Source: Candidatus Omnitrophota bacterium
Lineage (GTDB): Bacteria > Omnitrophota > Omnitrophia > Omnitrophales > Aquincolibacteriaceae
Direction of reading: 5' to 3'
Assembly: GCA_030698625.1 (NCBI GenBank)
Contig: JAUYMS010000030.1
Coordinates: 20,016 to 84,015 of the forward strand
Length of the DNA: 64,000 nucleotides
Shown: positions 12,001 to 24,000 of the stretch, in pieces
Layout of the letters: the number at the start of each line of letters is the position of its first letter
Numbering within the stretch: the stretch's first letter is position 1
Notes under the pieces: model-generated
The model's database searches: none
The model's input: the letters and a program-made list of their open reading frames with translations, nothing else
Told to the model about the DNA's origin: nothing
Program-made: the position numbers and the translations under genes

Positions 12001-15000
12001 GGCGAGGTGCTCGGCGGGGACGGCGCCGTGGTTACCTATTACAGCAGCCACTCGAGTTACCGCGGCGTTTCTCACCTGCATTTCATCCGCAGCCGCAAGA
12101 ATCCGGACTGGGTTTATGCCTATGGCCTGGACGGCAATTTTCGCTACAGCCAGTGGCGGAACACTCCGCTCATAGCAATCAATCTGAACAAGCGAATTAG
12201 CTCATACGCTCGCGGAGAGCATATGGGCAACATCGAAGTCAAACCCAACTCTTCGGCAGACGGTATTGTGGTCCATCGCCGTAACCAGATGAACGTTGAG
12301 ACCGCTAAAGATGAAAACGGAGAGGTTCAGATTCTGGACGTGAGTTTCGACAGGCGGCGCGCGGAAGTCGTTTTCGCCGCCGAATTTCATCCTGATGGCG
12401 CCGAGTCCGAAGGGCGTCTCAACACGTTCAAAGCGCGCTTCATGGCGGATGAAGGATGGTTCGCGTATCCTTACGTGCACGGCCGCCTCAAAAAAACAAG
12501 TGTCGATGCCCAAGACGGTATTCAGTTCAGCCGGCGGAATGGGAGTTCCACGAGCAAGATTTCGCGTGAAGCACTGGCCGGTAAGGGTGTTCTTATCGCG
12601 CAATATAAATATACAAAGGCCGAATCCGAAGAGCTTGTTTACTATCATCTGATGTTAGACCCCGAGAATTCGAAGAGGCTTTATATCTATGAACTGGACG
12701 GAGACGGGCGGGCCGTGCCGGCCGACCCGGAGCCGCTTGCGATACTGAACCTGTCGGACTCGCAGTTTGAATGGAGTAATAAGCACAGTAACTTGTCGGT
12801 AGGAGCAAATTACGGCGAGCCTGGGTTTCTCCTTAGTGTTAATCACAACAAGGGACCCTTCGGTGAAGTGTACCGCGCCGAATTCATCGCCGATCCGCCG
12901 GCAGAAAGAAGTGTAAGCGAAACTTATCCGGCTTACCCGTTTGCCGAAGGTGCGTTTAGGACTCTTGCGACCGGCGAAGGCATGACCCGGGGGCATAGCG
13001 ATGTCTTCCAGACTGCAGAGATTGACCGAAGCGTTCTTGCCGCCGAGGGTGTGGTCGCGACCCACTACGTGCCATACGGACCTCACCGCGGAGTTTCACA
13101 TCTTCATATTTTCCAGGACCGCAGCAACCCCGATCTCATCTATGTGTATGGCTTGGATGAAAAATTCCATTATGGCCAGTGGAGGTCAGGCCCGCTGGCA
13201 GTTCTTAACCTGGCCGATCCCGCCCTGAATGTGGGCGAGGGCGTGCGCCGCGGGAATGTCTGGGTGCAGAAGTCAGCTGACAAGAACAAGGTTCTGATCA
13301 CCCATAAAAATCCGCGCTACCCTAGGCGGCCCGACCGCGATGAAGGAATCTACCGGGTTCAATATGTCTCGCGGGAGCAGGCGAAGTATCCCTATGCCGG
13401 AGGACGTCTCGTAAGACCTGCCGGAAATGAGGCGACTGCCGGAATCACCTTCGGCCTTAAAGCGGCCAAAGGCTCGGCGGCCTATGAATTGAGTCCGGAG
13501 TCGCTGAGCGGCACGGGTGTGTTGGTGGCAGAATACGTGCGCAGCCCGAGCTGGTCACAGGAAATTTTCCATCATCATCTATTCCTGGATCCTCTTGATC
13601 CTCGAAAGCTTCTTCTCTATCGCCTCGACGAAGAGGGCCGCGCGACCGGTGAGCATCAAACGCCAGTCACGGTCCTGGACCTGGATGAAGAGTTCCGCTG
13701 GTCGACCGGTACCTTTATCCTCATGAATGATAAGAACGGAAAGGGATTGTCTCTAACCCGTCGCAAGGGTCCGTTCGATAAGGTTCACCGCGCTCGCTTT
13801 GTGCCGGACGGCGGAGAGGCAGTACCGGACAAGGCGCTTGAGAGATCAAATCTCGTTCGCAACGGTGTCTTCAAGCGCCTAACGCAATTGAGGAGATTTA
13901 AGTTCGGGGAATTTACGGATCATGCGGCATCGTCGAAGTTCCGATGGACGGCCAGCGTAGGCCGTCCTCAATTGGATGCCGGGCAGGCCCTGTTGGTACT
14001 TGAGAGCAAACTGGGGTCGGAACGAACATCTCTGGTTGCGGTGAGGCACTCGTCCCGGGTAGGGGTGGTTCAGATTTACCGGCTTGGGAATGACGATCGC
14101 ATTGTTGATGCCCGGGCCCAATTGGTAACCGAACTGAATGCCGAAGAGTCCGAGAGCTTGGGGCTGTTCACCTTTACAGTTAAATCGAACGGCGCGGTTG
14201 AGGTCAGCAAGGCCGACGGACGCGTCGTTGCCTACTCCGCAGAATTTATTCCGGGCGAATCGGCTGCGAGCGGCGATGACCGCCTGCTTGAAGAGGCCCT
14301 CACTTATGTCGGAGGCCACTACCCCGATTACGACTACCTTTTCGGCGTGTTCTCTTACGACGATCTCGAATGGCCCTCGGCTTTTAAGCCCTTCTTCGAA
14401 ATCCTTAAGAACCCTGATGCCTCTGCCCAAGCCAAAGAATTCGTGCGGCGTATCTTTTTAGCGCGCGCGCCTTCGCTCTATGAGGCGATTGTGAGCGGCG
14501 AAATTTTGGGGATGGATGAAGACGAATTACTCAAGATATTTAAGCAGGAAGAAGCGCTCTGGGATTTTCAGCAGAAATTCGACGGAAAGGGCGGAGAGAT
14601 TCATACGGCTTATTACGCGATTGAGGAGGCGCAAAAGGAGAAAGGGCTTGAAGGCGTTGAGATTTCGGCGGTGCGCATGGCGGGATTGCTCGCCGATAGC
14701 GAGCCGCTTGTCCCGCGCGGGCCTTCGGCCGGATTCAGCACGGCCACCCAAGCGGCCCTTAAGAACGACTTCTTCGATCGCTACGGGGCCCTGTTTGACG
14801 GGTTAGAACGCAAAGACCTCTATATCGATTATGAATTTGACGTCCCGGCTTACGAGAATCTTAAAATCGCACGCATCATCATGCGGCGCGGAATAGACGG
14901 TCCCGAACTGGCGCATCTCGGCACGGGGCGTACCTTCGACAATGTCCAAGGGGTATGGCATCTGAATCATGAGCTCGTTAAGGCGTCGGTGCCCGGGGAG

Positions 15001-18000
15001 TATATTTTCTTCCGGTCCGAAGAACCCCTTGAGGGCGAGCGTGCACCGGACGGCCGGGACCTGATCCTGCCGCTTGCGGCATTCAGACAAACGGTGGGCG
15101 AGGAAGAGAAAATTACCGGCGGTGTCTTTATCATCGGAGACCGGTTCGGCTCAATTCCTCACGGTGATGCCATTGCCGTGCAACACCCGGATCACCCGCA
15201 TCTGATTTTTATTTTCAATAATCTCGGCAGAGAAGGGAACATTATCGACGAGTCTTACCGTCAGCCTCAGCCGGCAGCGATCCTTGATCTACTCGACCCG
15301 CAACCGGTCGAGGTCGAAGGGACCCGATACAGCGTGACTCCCGACGGCCGCATCCGGATCGGGAATGCCAATCTGGATAAAAGAGGCTCCGCATCAGTTT
15401 TTGGCCTGGTCGGGGGCTCACTCGTGTGGTCATCGAAGCCCGGGCAGAATGAGGCGACAGGGGCATCCGACGATATAGAAGTGCCTCTGGATCCGCAGAC
15501 GACAGCGCTTAGAGAATTGCTCGGAGGCGATCTGCTTCACAAGATATTGCGGCCGGATTACAAAGGAGCGGACATCCGCCAAGCCGTCAGGAAACTCAAA
15601 AAGGATAAATTCTGGTGGCCGTTCGACCAAAACGCTTCGCCGTATGCACGCCTTGTCACCGAACGCATTTATGCCGCGACGGTTCCCGCGCTCGCGGACC
15701 GCGTTCTGTCAGGTGATCTTGATAAAGAGACTTACAATGCGGAACTTGACAGGGATCTCGGCGGCAAAGACTTCTCCAGGCTTCGCAGGATGTCGATGCG
15801 GGACAATGACGGCAAGGCGCGGGAATTGAGCCGTCCGGATAAGGAATGGCTGATCGCAGATTTCTTTAGCAGACACGCTGATGCTTTGGACGAGGACCTC
15901 GGGCCCGAAGCCCTTGATCTCCGGATTAAAGAGACCGATAGCGAAACAGATTTCCTTATTGTGAGACGGTATAAGGTGCAGGGTGAAACGGAAGCCCTGG
16001 CGCGGCTCGGCACCGGGTTCGAATTCGGCAACTTGCAGGGCCGGTGGTATATAGAAGGCGGCGCCCTTCGGGGAGCCTTCAAGACAGGGAAGCACTTTGG
16101 TTCCATCGGTGACGGTGCGACAACCGTAACCCTAGAGCCCTCGGTCCTGGATACCGGCGGCGTCTACCTTGACAGTGCCCATCATGATGTCAGCCGGGGT
16201 TTTGTATTGCCCGTTGTCTTGAGGCGCGACATAAACAGGCCCACACTGGTGCACGCCTACATGCTGAGTCCGCAGGGAAGTTATGGCGGTATCAAGTCGG
16301 GTTGGGAATATTCGCTGGCGGATATCGATCTCACAAAAACGGGCTCGGAATACAGGGTCGAAGAAACTCGCATCACCGTTCTTGCCGGCGGGCGGCTCCA
16401 GATTTCACTCACCGAAAAGAGCAATCTCAGTCACGGTGTCTATGCCGCGGAATTTTCTCCGGTGCGTCGTGAATCAAACGCACCGGATTTGGCTGTCGTC
16501 CACGATATTATTGCCGCCTACGGGCTTCATCGCTACCTCGGATCCGATCAATTCGGTTCCTGGGCGCGGCCGCATATATTGCATGGCGGGCTTGATGCGA
16601 AACGTTGGCATGACAGTTTCAAGCCGCTGCTCGGGATCGTCAATAACGCCGAAGCCGACCCCGAAGCCCGCAGGCTGGCGCAAAGAGTCCTGGTGGCCCT
16701 CACGCCGCGCCTGCGTGATCGCATTTATCCCGATGGGGCTGCAGAACAGGCAGCGCTGAATGTTCCGGCGGCGACAGAGCTAACCAAGGACGATATCTTC
16801 AATTGGGCTCAGGGCAAAGCCGATCCTGCAGTTGGAGCGACCCTGGTCATGCCCGTTACTTATTATGACGAAAAGAAGGGCGGGGCCGACGTCATTCCGC
16901 GGGCCCGCGTCGAGGTAAAATCGGCCGGTACGGGCAAGAGTTTCGCCGTCCCCATCGACGATCTCAGATTGAAACGGAAAGAATTGAAGAATGCCACTTT
17001 AGCCGTGATCGAAGACGCGAACCTCGGCAAGGTGCTCGCCATTTTTGCGCCGGACGATTACGAGTCCTGGCGATTCGGAAATTACACGGTCACCCCTCTG
17101 GCAGTTTTTCCGGTGACGGCAAAACACAACGGTTTCCGGCAGCTGGCCGTACCTTTTCTCGTGGATATCGATAAGCTCAGCCGCGGGGAACTCGAGGAAG
17201 TGCGCGTGCCCGGTCATCCCTGGAGCTATATTAAGACTGCGGCCCGTGTGGAACCGCCTTCCGGCAAGATGGAGTCAACCACGGCGAGAATCATCTTGAA
17301 GTCGACCGCATTTGGGGTCCTTGTCCAGATGGGATTTACGCCGACCGCCGCGGACCTCGAAAAGATCGATCTCGAGAGCGGTGAGCGAAACATGGACGTT
17401 TATGTGGTGATCAGGCAGCATCCCAACCGCGGGCCCATGGTACAAGTCTTTCGTTTGAAGGATTATGATCCCGCGAAGCCCGCTGAATACGGCGAGCCGA
17501 TCGTGACCTATGCGTACGTCGACGAGAAATGGACTCAGATTATCCCCGCAGTGAATGACATCATTGATGCCGCCTATGGCCGTAAGGACTTGGTCGAAAC
17601 CGCGGATGCCTTCGAACAAAAGGTCGCGATCAATCAGGATGGTCGCAGGGCCTCGATTACCATCACGACCGGAACGCACGGTAAGAACAAAAAAGCATTC
17701 TCCTTTACCTTCTCAAAAGAGGAAATAGATGAATTTAAGCTGGCAGAGAATCCGGCAATCGTCCGCCTCAAGGTCGATCGCGATTACGGCCCCTATATCG
17801 CCGTCTCGGCCAGGGTGAACGGGGAAGAGCGTTTGATCGGTAATAGTGTCGAGGTCAAGAATGAGGCGCAGAAAACACGTCGCGTCGATTTTGACAAGGA
17901 GGCCTTCGCCGACTTCCTTAATAGTGCAAACAATATTCACGGTGAACCCATCGCGCCGCGAATTTATACCCATGCCCATGAATTAACGGAACAAAACAGG

Positions 18001-21000
18001 TACATGGTGGATGTCCTGAACCGCGCCCAGGTCCGCAGTCTGGACGAACATGGGATTAAGCGGCCGGTCTTTATTCCCAGGCCGGATGCGAAGTACGGAT
18101 GGGTCTTTGAGACGCATGATGTGGATACGTACAACAAAGACCCCGGCAAGAAACCGGAAGTCGTTTTAGCACGGCGGCCGGGCCATACAACATTGATGAA
18201 AGTTAACAGAGTGAGTGCTCCTGCTGAGCCCGAAGCGAAGCGGGATACAGAGGGCTCCATTCTCGATGAAGCCACGCTTCTTTCAGAGCTCATGAGCGAA
18301 TCCCACCTGCAGATGTTTCACGAGCAGGACGCCATGTATTGGAACCGGAATTATGGTGAAGCCGAAGACATCGCGCGCTGGGCAGAACGTGCCGGCGAAT
18401 GGAAAGACCGGTGGATTCACAGTGACCCGGTCCGCGAGGCGTCGCTGCAGGCCAGTATCTACGGCAAGCTCAAATTAAGTTCGGATAGCCAGAAACTTTT
18501 GATTCGGGATTTTCTTGATAAACACGGGGATCAATTTGCAATCCCGCTCGGTGCGCAGGACCTCTGGATCCGCATCTTTGCCTTCGACAAGCATTATCCC
18601 GATGGGGAGGTTCGTCAGGCCTCCCGTATTGCCGTGGCGCATAAGGACACCGGCCGAATCCTGGCGACGCTCGGGAATTTCCACGAACCCGGCGACCTGC
18701 AGGGGTATTGGCGGCTTGAGCCGTGGAGCAACCCGCCGGTGCCCGCGGAGCGATTTAAACAGCACGGCTTCAAGGAACGCGACTATGTGCGAGACGCCGA
18801 CGGCACAGTCAGAATGCCGCACATCAATGTCCCGGCCTTACTCGCGACAAGGGTTGCCAATGAACAGCCGGGCGTCACCAGCGGTTGGATGCTGACGCGG
18901 CGTCAGAGGGATTCAAAACACGTTCTCATCGCGAAGGGAAGGAGCCATGAGCCCGGCGAGATATTAGGTGTGCTCGATCTCACCCGGCCCGGTTCGTCGG
19001 TGACGCTGGATCATGCGACCTTTACCGTGGAGTCCAATGAAAAAGTCGCCGTCGTGCAGGCGCCTGATCCCGCCCTTGCTGCCATAGCCACGGTGCTCGG
19101 AAGTGTCAAGGTCAAGGGCTCGTCGACGCTTTCCGAAGGCTCTGCTACCGTGCGTTATGTCACGGACGAATACGGCGCCCGGCGGTTTCGACACGCATTC
19201 TATGACCAGCGCGGCAGCGCAACGGATCAAAGTGACTGGGACCGGATCCATGAACCCTTAGTCCGCGTTCTTGAGGATCCGGCTGCGTCCGAAACGGCCA
19301 AACGCGTTGTCCTGCGAATCTACCTTGCGCTTGTGCCGGATCTCCGGGAAATGATGGAGTCCGGAACGATCGATCGCGCGCGCTTGCGCGAGGAACTCCG
19401 CAATGAGCACAAGATCTGGGAGCATATCGAAGCGAAAATCGAACGCGGTCACGCCAAAGCCCGAGGGGAACATAATTATCCGAAGGATTTTGGGCCGGGA
19501 TTCAAAGCAAAACGAATCCCCGCAGGCGTTTCGATCCGGCGTCTGACGCCCGTTAAGTGGGCGGCGATGCTCGCGAACGAATATAAAATCGAAGAGCTTG
19601 AAACGGGCGACGAGGAGCTCCTCAAGAAAGATTTCCTGACTCGGCACGGCACGGATTTTGGAGATGTTCTCGACAGCGGCGATACCAAGATTCGCATGAG
19701 ATTTTCAGGGGTGGAAGTTGTGTTGGCAGAGGCAGAGGAGACCGTCATTGCAACATTGGGAGACGGCTATCATCCGAAGGAACTTCGGGGTACCTGGTCT
19801 ATTGACAATGAATTTAAGTTTGATGCCAGTCTGCATCAACTAAAGAAGATCCTCTATAAGGGGGCCATGGTGCGCATGGAAGACGAGATCTGGAATCGCG
19901 AGATTTTCGGCGAGATCGTTCGCGGGGATCTCTACGTCTTAGCCGGCAAGGCGAAATGGGAGACGGTGCATGAGCCCATGCTGGAAATACTCCGGGACGA
20001 AAAGGCATCGGCCGAAACCAGGCGTGTCATCAAATTGATTTATCTGGCGATCACACCTTCTCTTCACGCCGAGATCCTCGGCGGGGAACTGTGGAATCAT
20101 AAAGCGGCGATTCAAAATGAACTGGAGAAGGAAGTAGAACGGGCGGGGCAGGAGTATCGGGCAGCGAAGGCGGAGCAGGAGTTCCCCGACATGACCCTAA
20201 CGCGGCAGGCTTCGGCCTATGCCAGAGTCGGCCAGAATAGAATTTTTGTGGGCGCGGATGAAGAAGCGTTGATCGATGACTTCTGGCAGCAGCATAGCAG
20301 TGACCTCCCTCCCTGGTTTGAGAGGGAAAGGCTGAAGCTGATTGCGACACAAATCCATATAGATAAGATTCATGAGCTCATGCCTCATGGCGAGAGGCTT
20401 TATGTCACGATTGCTCATACCGCCGATGACGGTAAGCAGACAACCCTCGCACGGTTGGGCACGAGTTTTGCGCCCAATAATCTGGTGGGGCAGTGGAGCA
20501 TCTTGTGGGAAAACATTGTAATGCCGGCGCTCTCGCGCGAAGCTCTTAATTTTGAGGACTACAAACAACTCGGTATGGGCAGCGACCGCGCAGAGATTAT
20601 TGTTGATGCACAAACGCTGCTGCAAAGTGGTGGTTTGTTTATAGACCGGTCTTCTCAAAGCGAAAGATACCGCAATCTCGCCTTAATGCCTGGGCCTTCG
20701 AGTAAAAACGTACTGCTTGTTATCGCCGTTGACGATAAAGCGCCCGATGGAGATCAGCTGCCATTAGGCACGCTGCGTCTCGACCAGCCGGGCTTTAGCC
20801 GGGTCGAGAGGAATGAGACGCAGTTCGAAGTGCTCGAAAACGGTCAAGTCGTCGTCAGACCCGGGGTCTTTGATGGTTCCATCCCCGAGGGCTATATCCG
20901 GCACAATCCGGTCTATCAATTGGCCTCTAAAAAACGCTCCGAATTACGTTCGTCGATACAGGTCGGTAATCCCCTCTATCCCGGAAAACTCGAGATGTTC

Positions 21001-24000
21001 GGTGATGCGATTATGTTTCAATGGCCGGCCGAAGGCAGTGAAGACGACGCGCTTGTCCTGATGGGAGGGAAACATAGGGAGGATCAACTGATTTTGAACG
21101 GCGTGCTGATACGGCCCGGGACGAAGATCCAGGAAATGCAGGGGACTATGGCTCTTGAGCATGTCATGGGTGGTCTCGTGAAAGTAACCCGCGAGCACTA
21201 TGCGGCCAGCGAATACCCGCTCGAATTGCACAATGTTCAGAATCCTTATATTCTGGCAGTTGCCAACCAGCTGTTCGAACCAGGCACGCTCGAGATTGTA
21301 CCAGAGATGATGAGTGCCGAGGAAGTTCTTGAAAACGAAGGCCGCCCGGCGCGCTGGCGCCCGCTGGATGACATCGATTTTTACAGCGAGTTCGGACCGG
21401 TTACGGTTTATACTGACGATTTTTTGAATGCCAAAGAATTAGCGGAATTCCAGCTAACGAAAAAAGACGGCCGCTACGAAGTGACGGGGCCGGCGCCGGA
21501 GGGGATGCGCGTTCATGTCAGCGGGAACATCCTGCGCGTCACGGATCCGGCGACCAACCGCAAGATTCGCGTGCTTGCGCTTGAACGTCCGTTCAAGCTT
21601 CGTGGTAAATTGCGCGAAAGTTTCGGTCTCGCTCGCTCAGAATTAAGGGCGGATAACAACGGTCGAGTCGTTATGACAACTTCGCTTGAAGGCTTTGAGC
21701 CGGATGAAACAGCGCTCGGCGCCGAGGCAAGAGCTCACCTCAAGAGTTTTCGTAAGAGCGACGCCGTCGGCCGCGGCGATATGGCGCGGCTCTTTTTCGA
21801 CTTCCTGCTGCAGGATGAGATCGACGTTGAACTTCTCGACATCGGTTATGAAAGAGCACTAAAGCGCTATATGAAGGACAGGATTACTCCTCAGATTCGA
21901 AACGGACTCTTGATAAAAGTGCCTATCGCGGGTTTTATGGGAGATGAAGCCAGAAATCTACTGACGGCGTTGCTCATGGGCCGTGTGAGTGCGCGCGAAG
22001 TGCTCACGATCGCTATCCTTGAAGGTGTGCGTATCCCCGATGTCTTTCCCGACACCGAGGCGTTTACGGCTGAGCAGAAAGAGAAACAGCGGGACAGGGC
22101 ACAGAATTTCAGCGAGCGGTATTCGGCCCTGCTCAGCGGCAAAGAGGAGATTAGCATTTCAGTAAAGCTTCCGCCCGAAGATGAAGTGGACTCGCTTTTC
22201 GGGGAAATAAGCCGCCTCGGACGAGACCTATCTGAGATCCATATTTTTGCCGACCGTGACCTCGGAGACTTGAGGGAGTTCTGGCGGGCTTCCCGCAAAG
22301 GAACCCCGAAACCCCGTCCGTCTTATCTGACCCCGGTCGAGGCCGCCCTCATAGTTAGAATGCCGCAGCGGACTTTTGAGTCTTATCTTTATCACCTGGA
22401 ATCGCAGCAAATCGAATCGATGGACAGTTTTATTCAGAAGCACCTGGTTGCGACGGGTCATATTAAATTGTCCGATATCGAAGCGAAGCTTGATACCGCG
22501 CCGAAAGACTTGACCGAAATCATAGAGGATGCACGCAGAGGCGATGTGTTCGCTTTCTTTGACCTGATTCAGCGGCTTCACGTTCAGGTCATTGCTTTCA
22601 AGAAAATCAAGACAGGGGTGGATGTCGCGGAAAAGCAGAAGCGTGCGCTTCCGTCCCTCGCAAGGATTCTAGATAAACATATTACCGCCTTCGAGGGCTA
22701 TGATGAAAAATTCCGTGCCGGCTTCGGCCGGCTCGTCGGGTATCTCGACGAGTTGCTGGCCTTGCCGGCGCTCAAGCGGGCTGTCCTTGAGGATGCGTTT
22801 TATCGGGCGCGCATGATCGAGCTCATCGAGACATTGTTCCGCAATGATGATCTGGCCACGGCACAAGACCGTGCCCGGCTCCTGCAAGCCTTGGCGCATC
22901 TCACCACGGCCGAAGATAATACGCATATCTTCATTATGGAAGAGATGGAGCTTGAGATGCTGGGCGAAGGCCGCGAGATCGAAGGAGCGATAGACGCCTA
23001 TATCACTGCTCTTCGAGAACTCAGTGCCCGCGATCCAAAGATCTTGAGATTTCTGAAACTACGCATTCAATATCTTTCAATGAAGGAGCACAAACAGGAC
23101 GCCGGAAATGAGGATGCGGCGATTGCAGCACGGCGCCGTCGTGTTGCGAAGACGCAGCTGGATGCGTACCAAACCGTTCTCGGACGCATTGACGAGAGTT
23201 TGCTTCGCGCCGTGACACGTGACCCCGTCAAGGAGAACGCACTTGACGAGTTCCTTGCGCTGGGAGAAGGGTCCTGGAAAAAGAAAGCGACCCTTTTAGC
23301 GGAGATTCAAAAAGACCCTGAGCTGAAAAGGAGCTCAAGGGTGATTGATGAGGCGTTTGTGGGTAGGATACGCCAACAAATCGAAAAGCTCTATGCCGCC
23401 GAAGACATCAGCCAGGATCAGCGCGACGAAAAACTCCATGCCGCGGAGGCTTATCGCCGGGCATTAAAGCTCGCTGAGCCGCAGGGTGCATCTGCGGTTG
23501 CCTCAAGTGCGGTGTATTTTACGCAGGCTGAAGCAGCTGCTCACTTGGTTCTTGAGATTGAAAACGAAGTGAGGCACCTCTTTGATGAAGACCCCAACCG
23601 CAACCCGATAGAAATTTATCAGGCGGCCCGCGACGTCTATGCTGACTCAAAGGCGTTTCTCGGGAGTGAACAACGAATCTATTTCGAGACGGCCCTTGTC
23701 ATTCTGCTCAGAGAGCTCTATACGATTCAACGTCTGCGGTGGCGGACTTATGAACTTGGGCTCCTCAAGGATCTTAAAGACCTCGGTTTTTCTTCGACGT
23801 CCGGGGTCACCAATGAAGATCCCAAACAAGCCGAATTCATGCGAAATCTTCTCGGGTTCCTCCCGGGGCAGTATCAGGTCATGTTTTACCCGGGTTCGGT
23901 TGAAGTCACCATGGACGAAAGTTCCTTTAAACGCGCATGGAAACTGACGGGCAACGGTTTCGGGCGCGAAGTCGAGAACCTGAGCCAGGTTGAAATTGCT

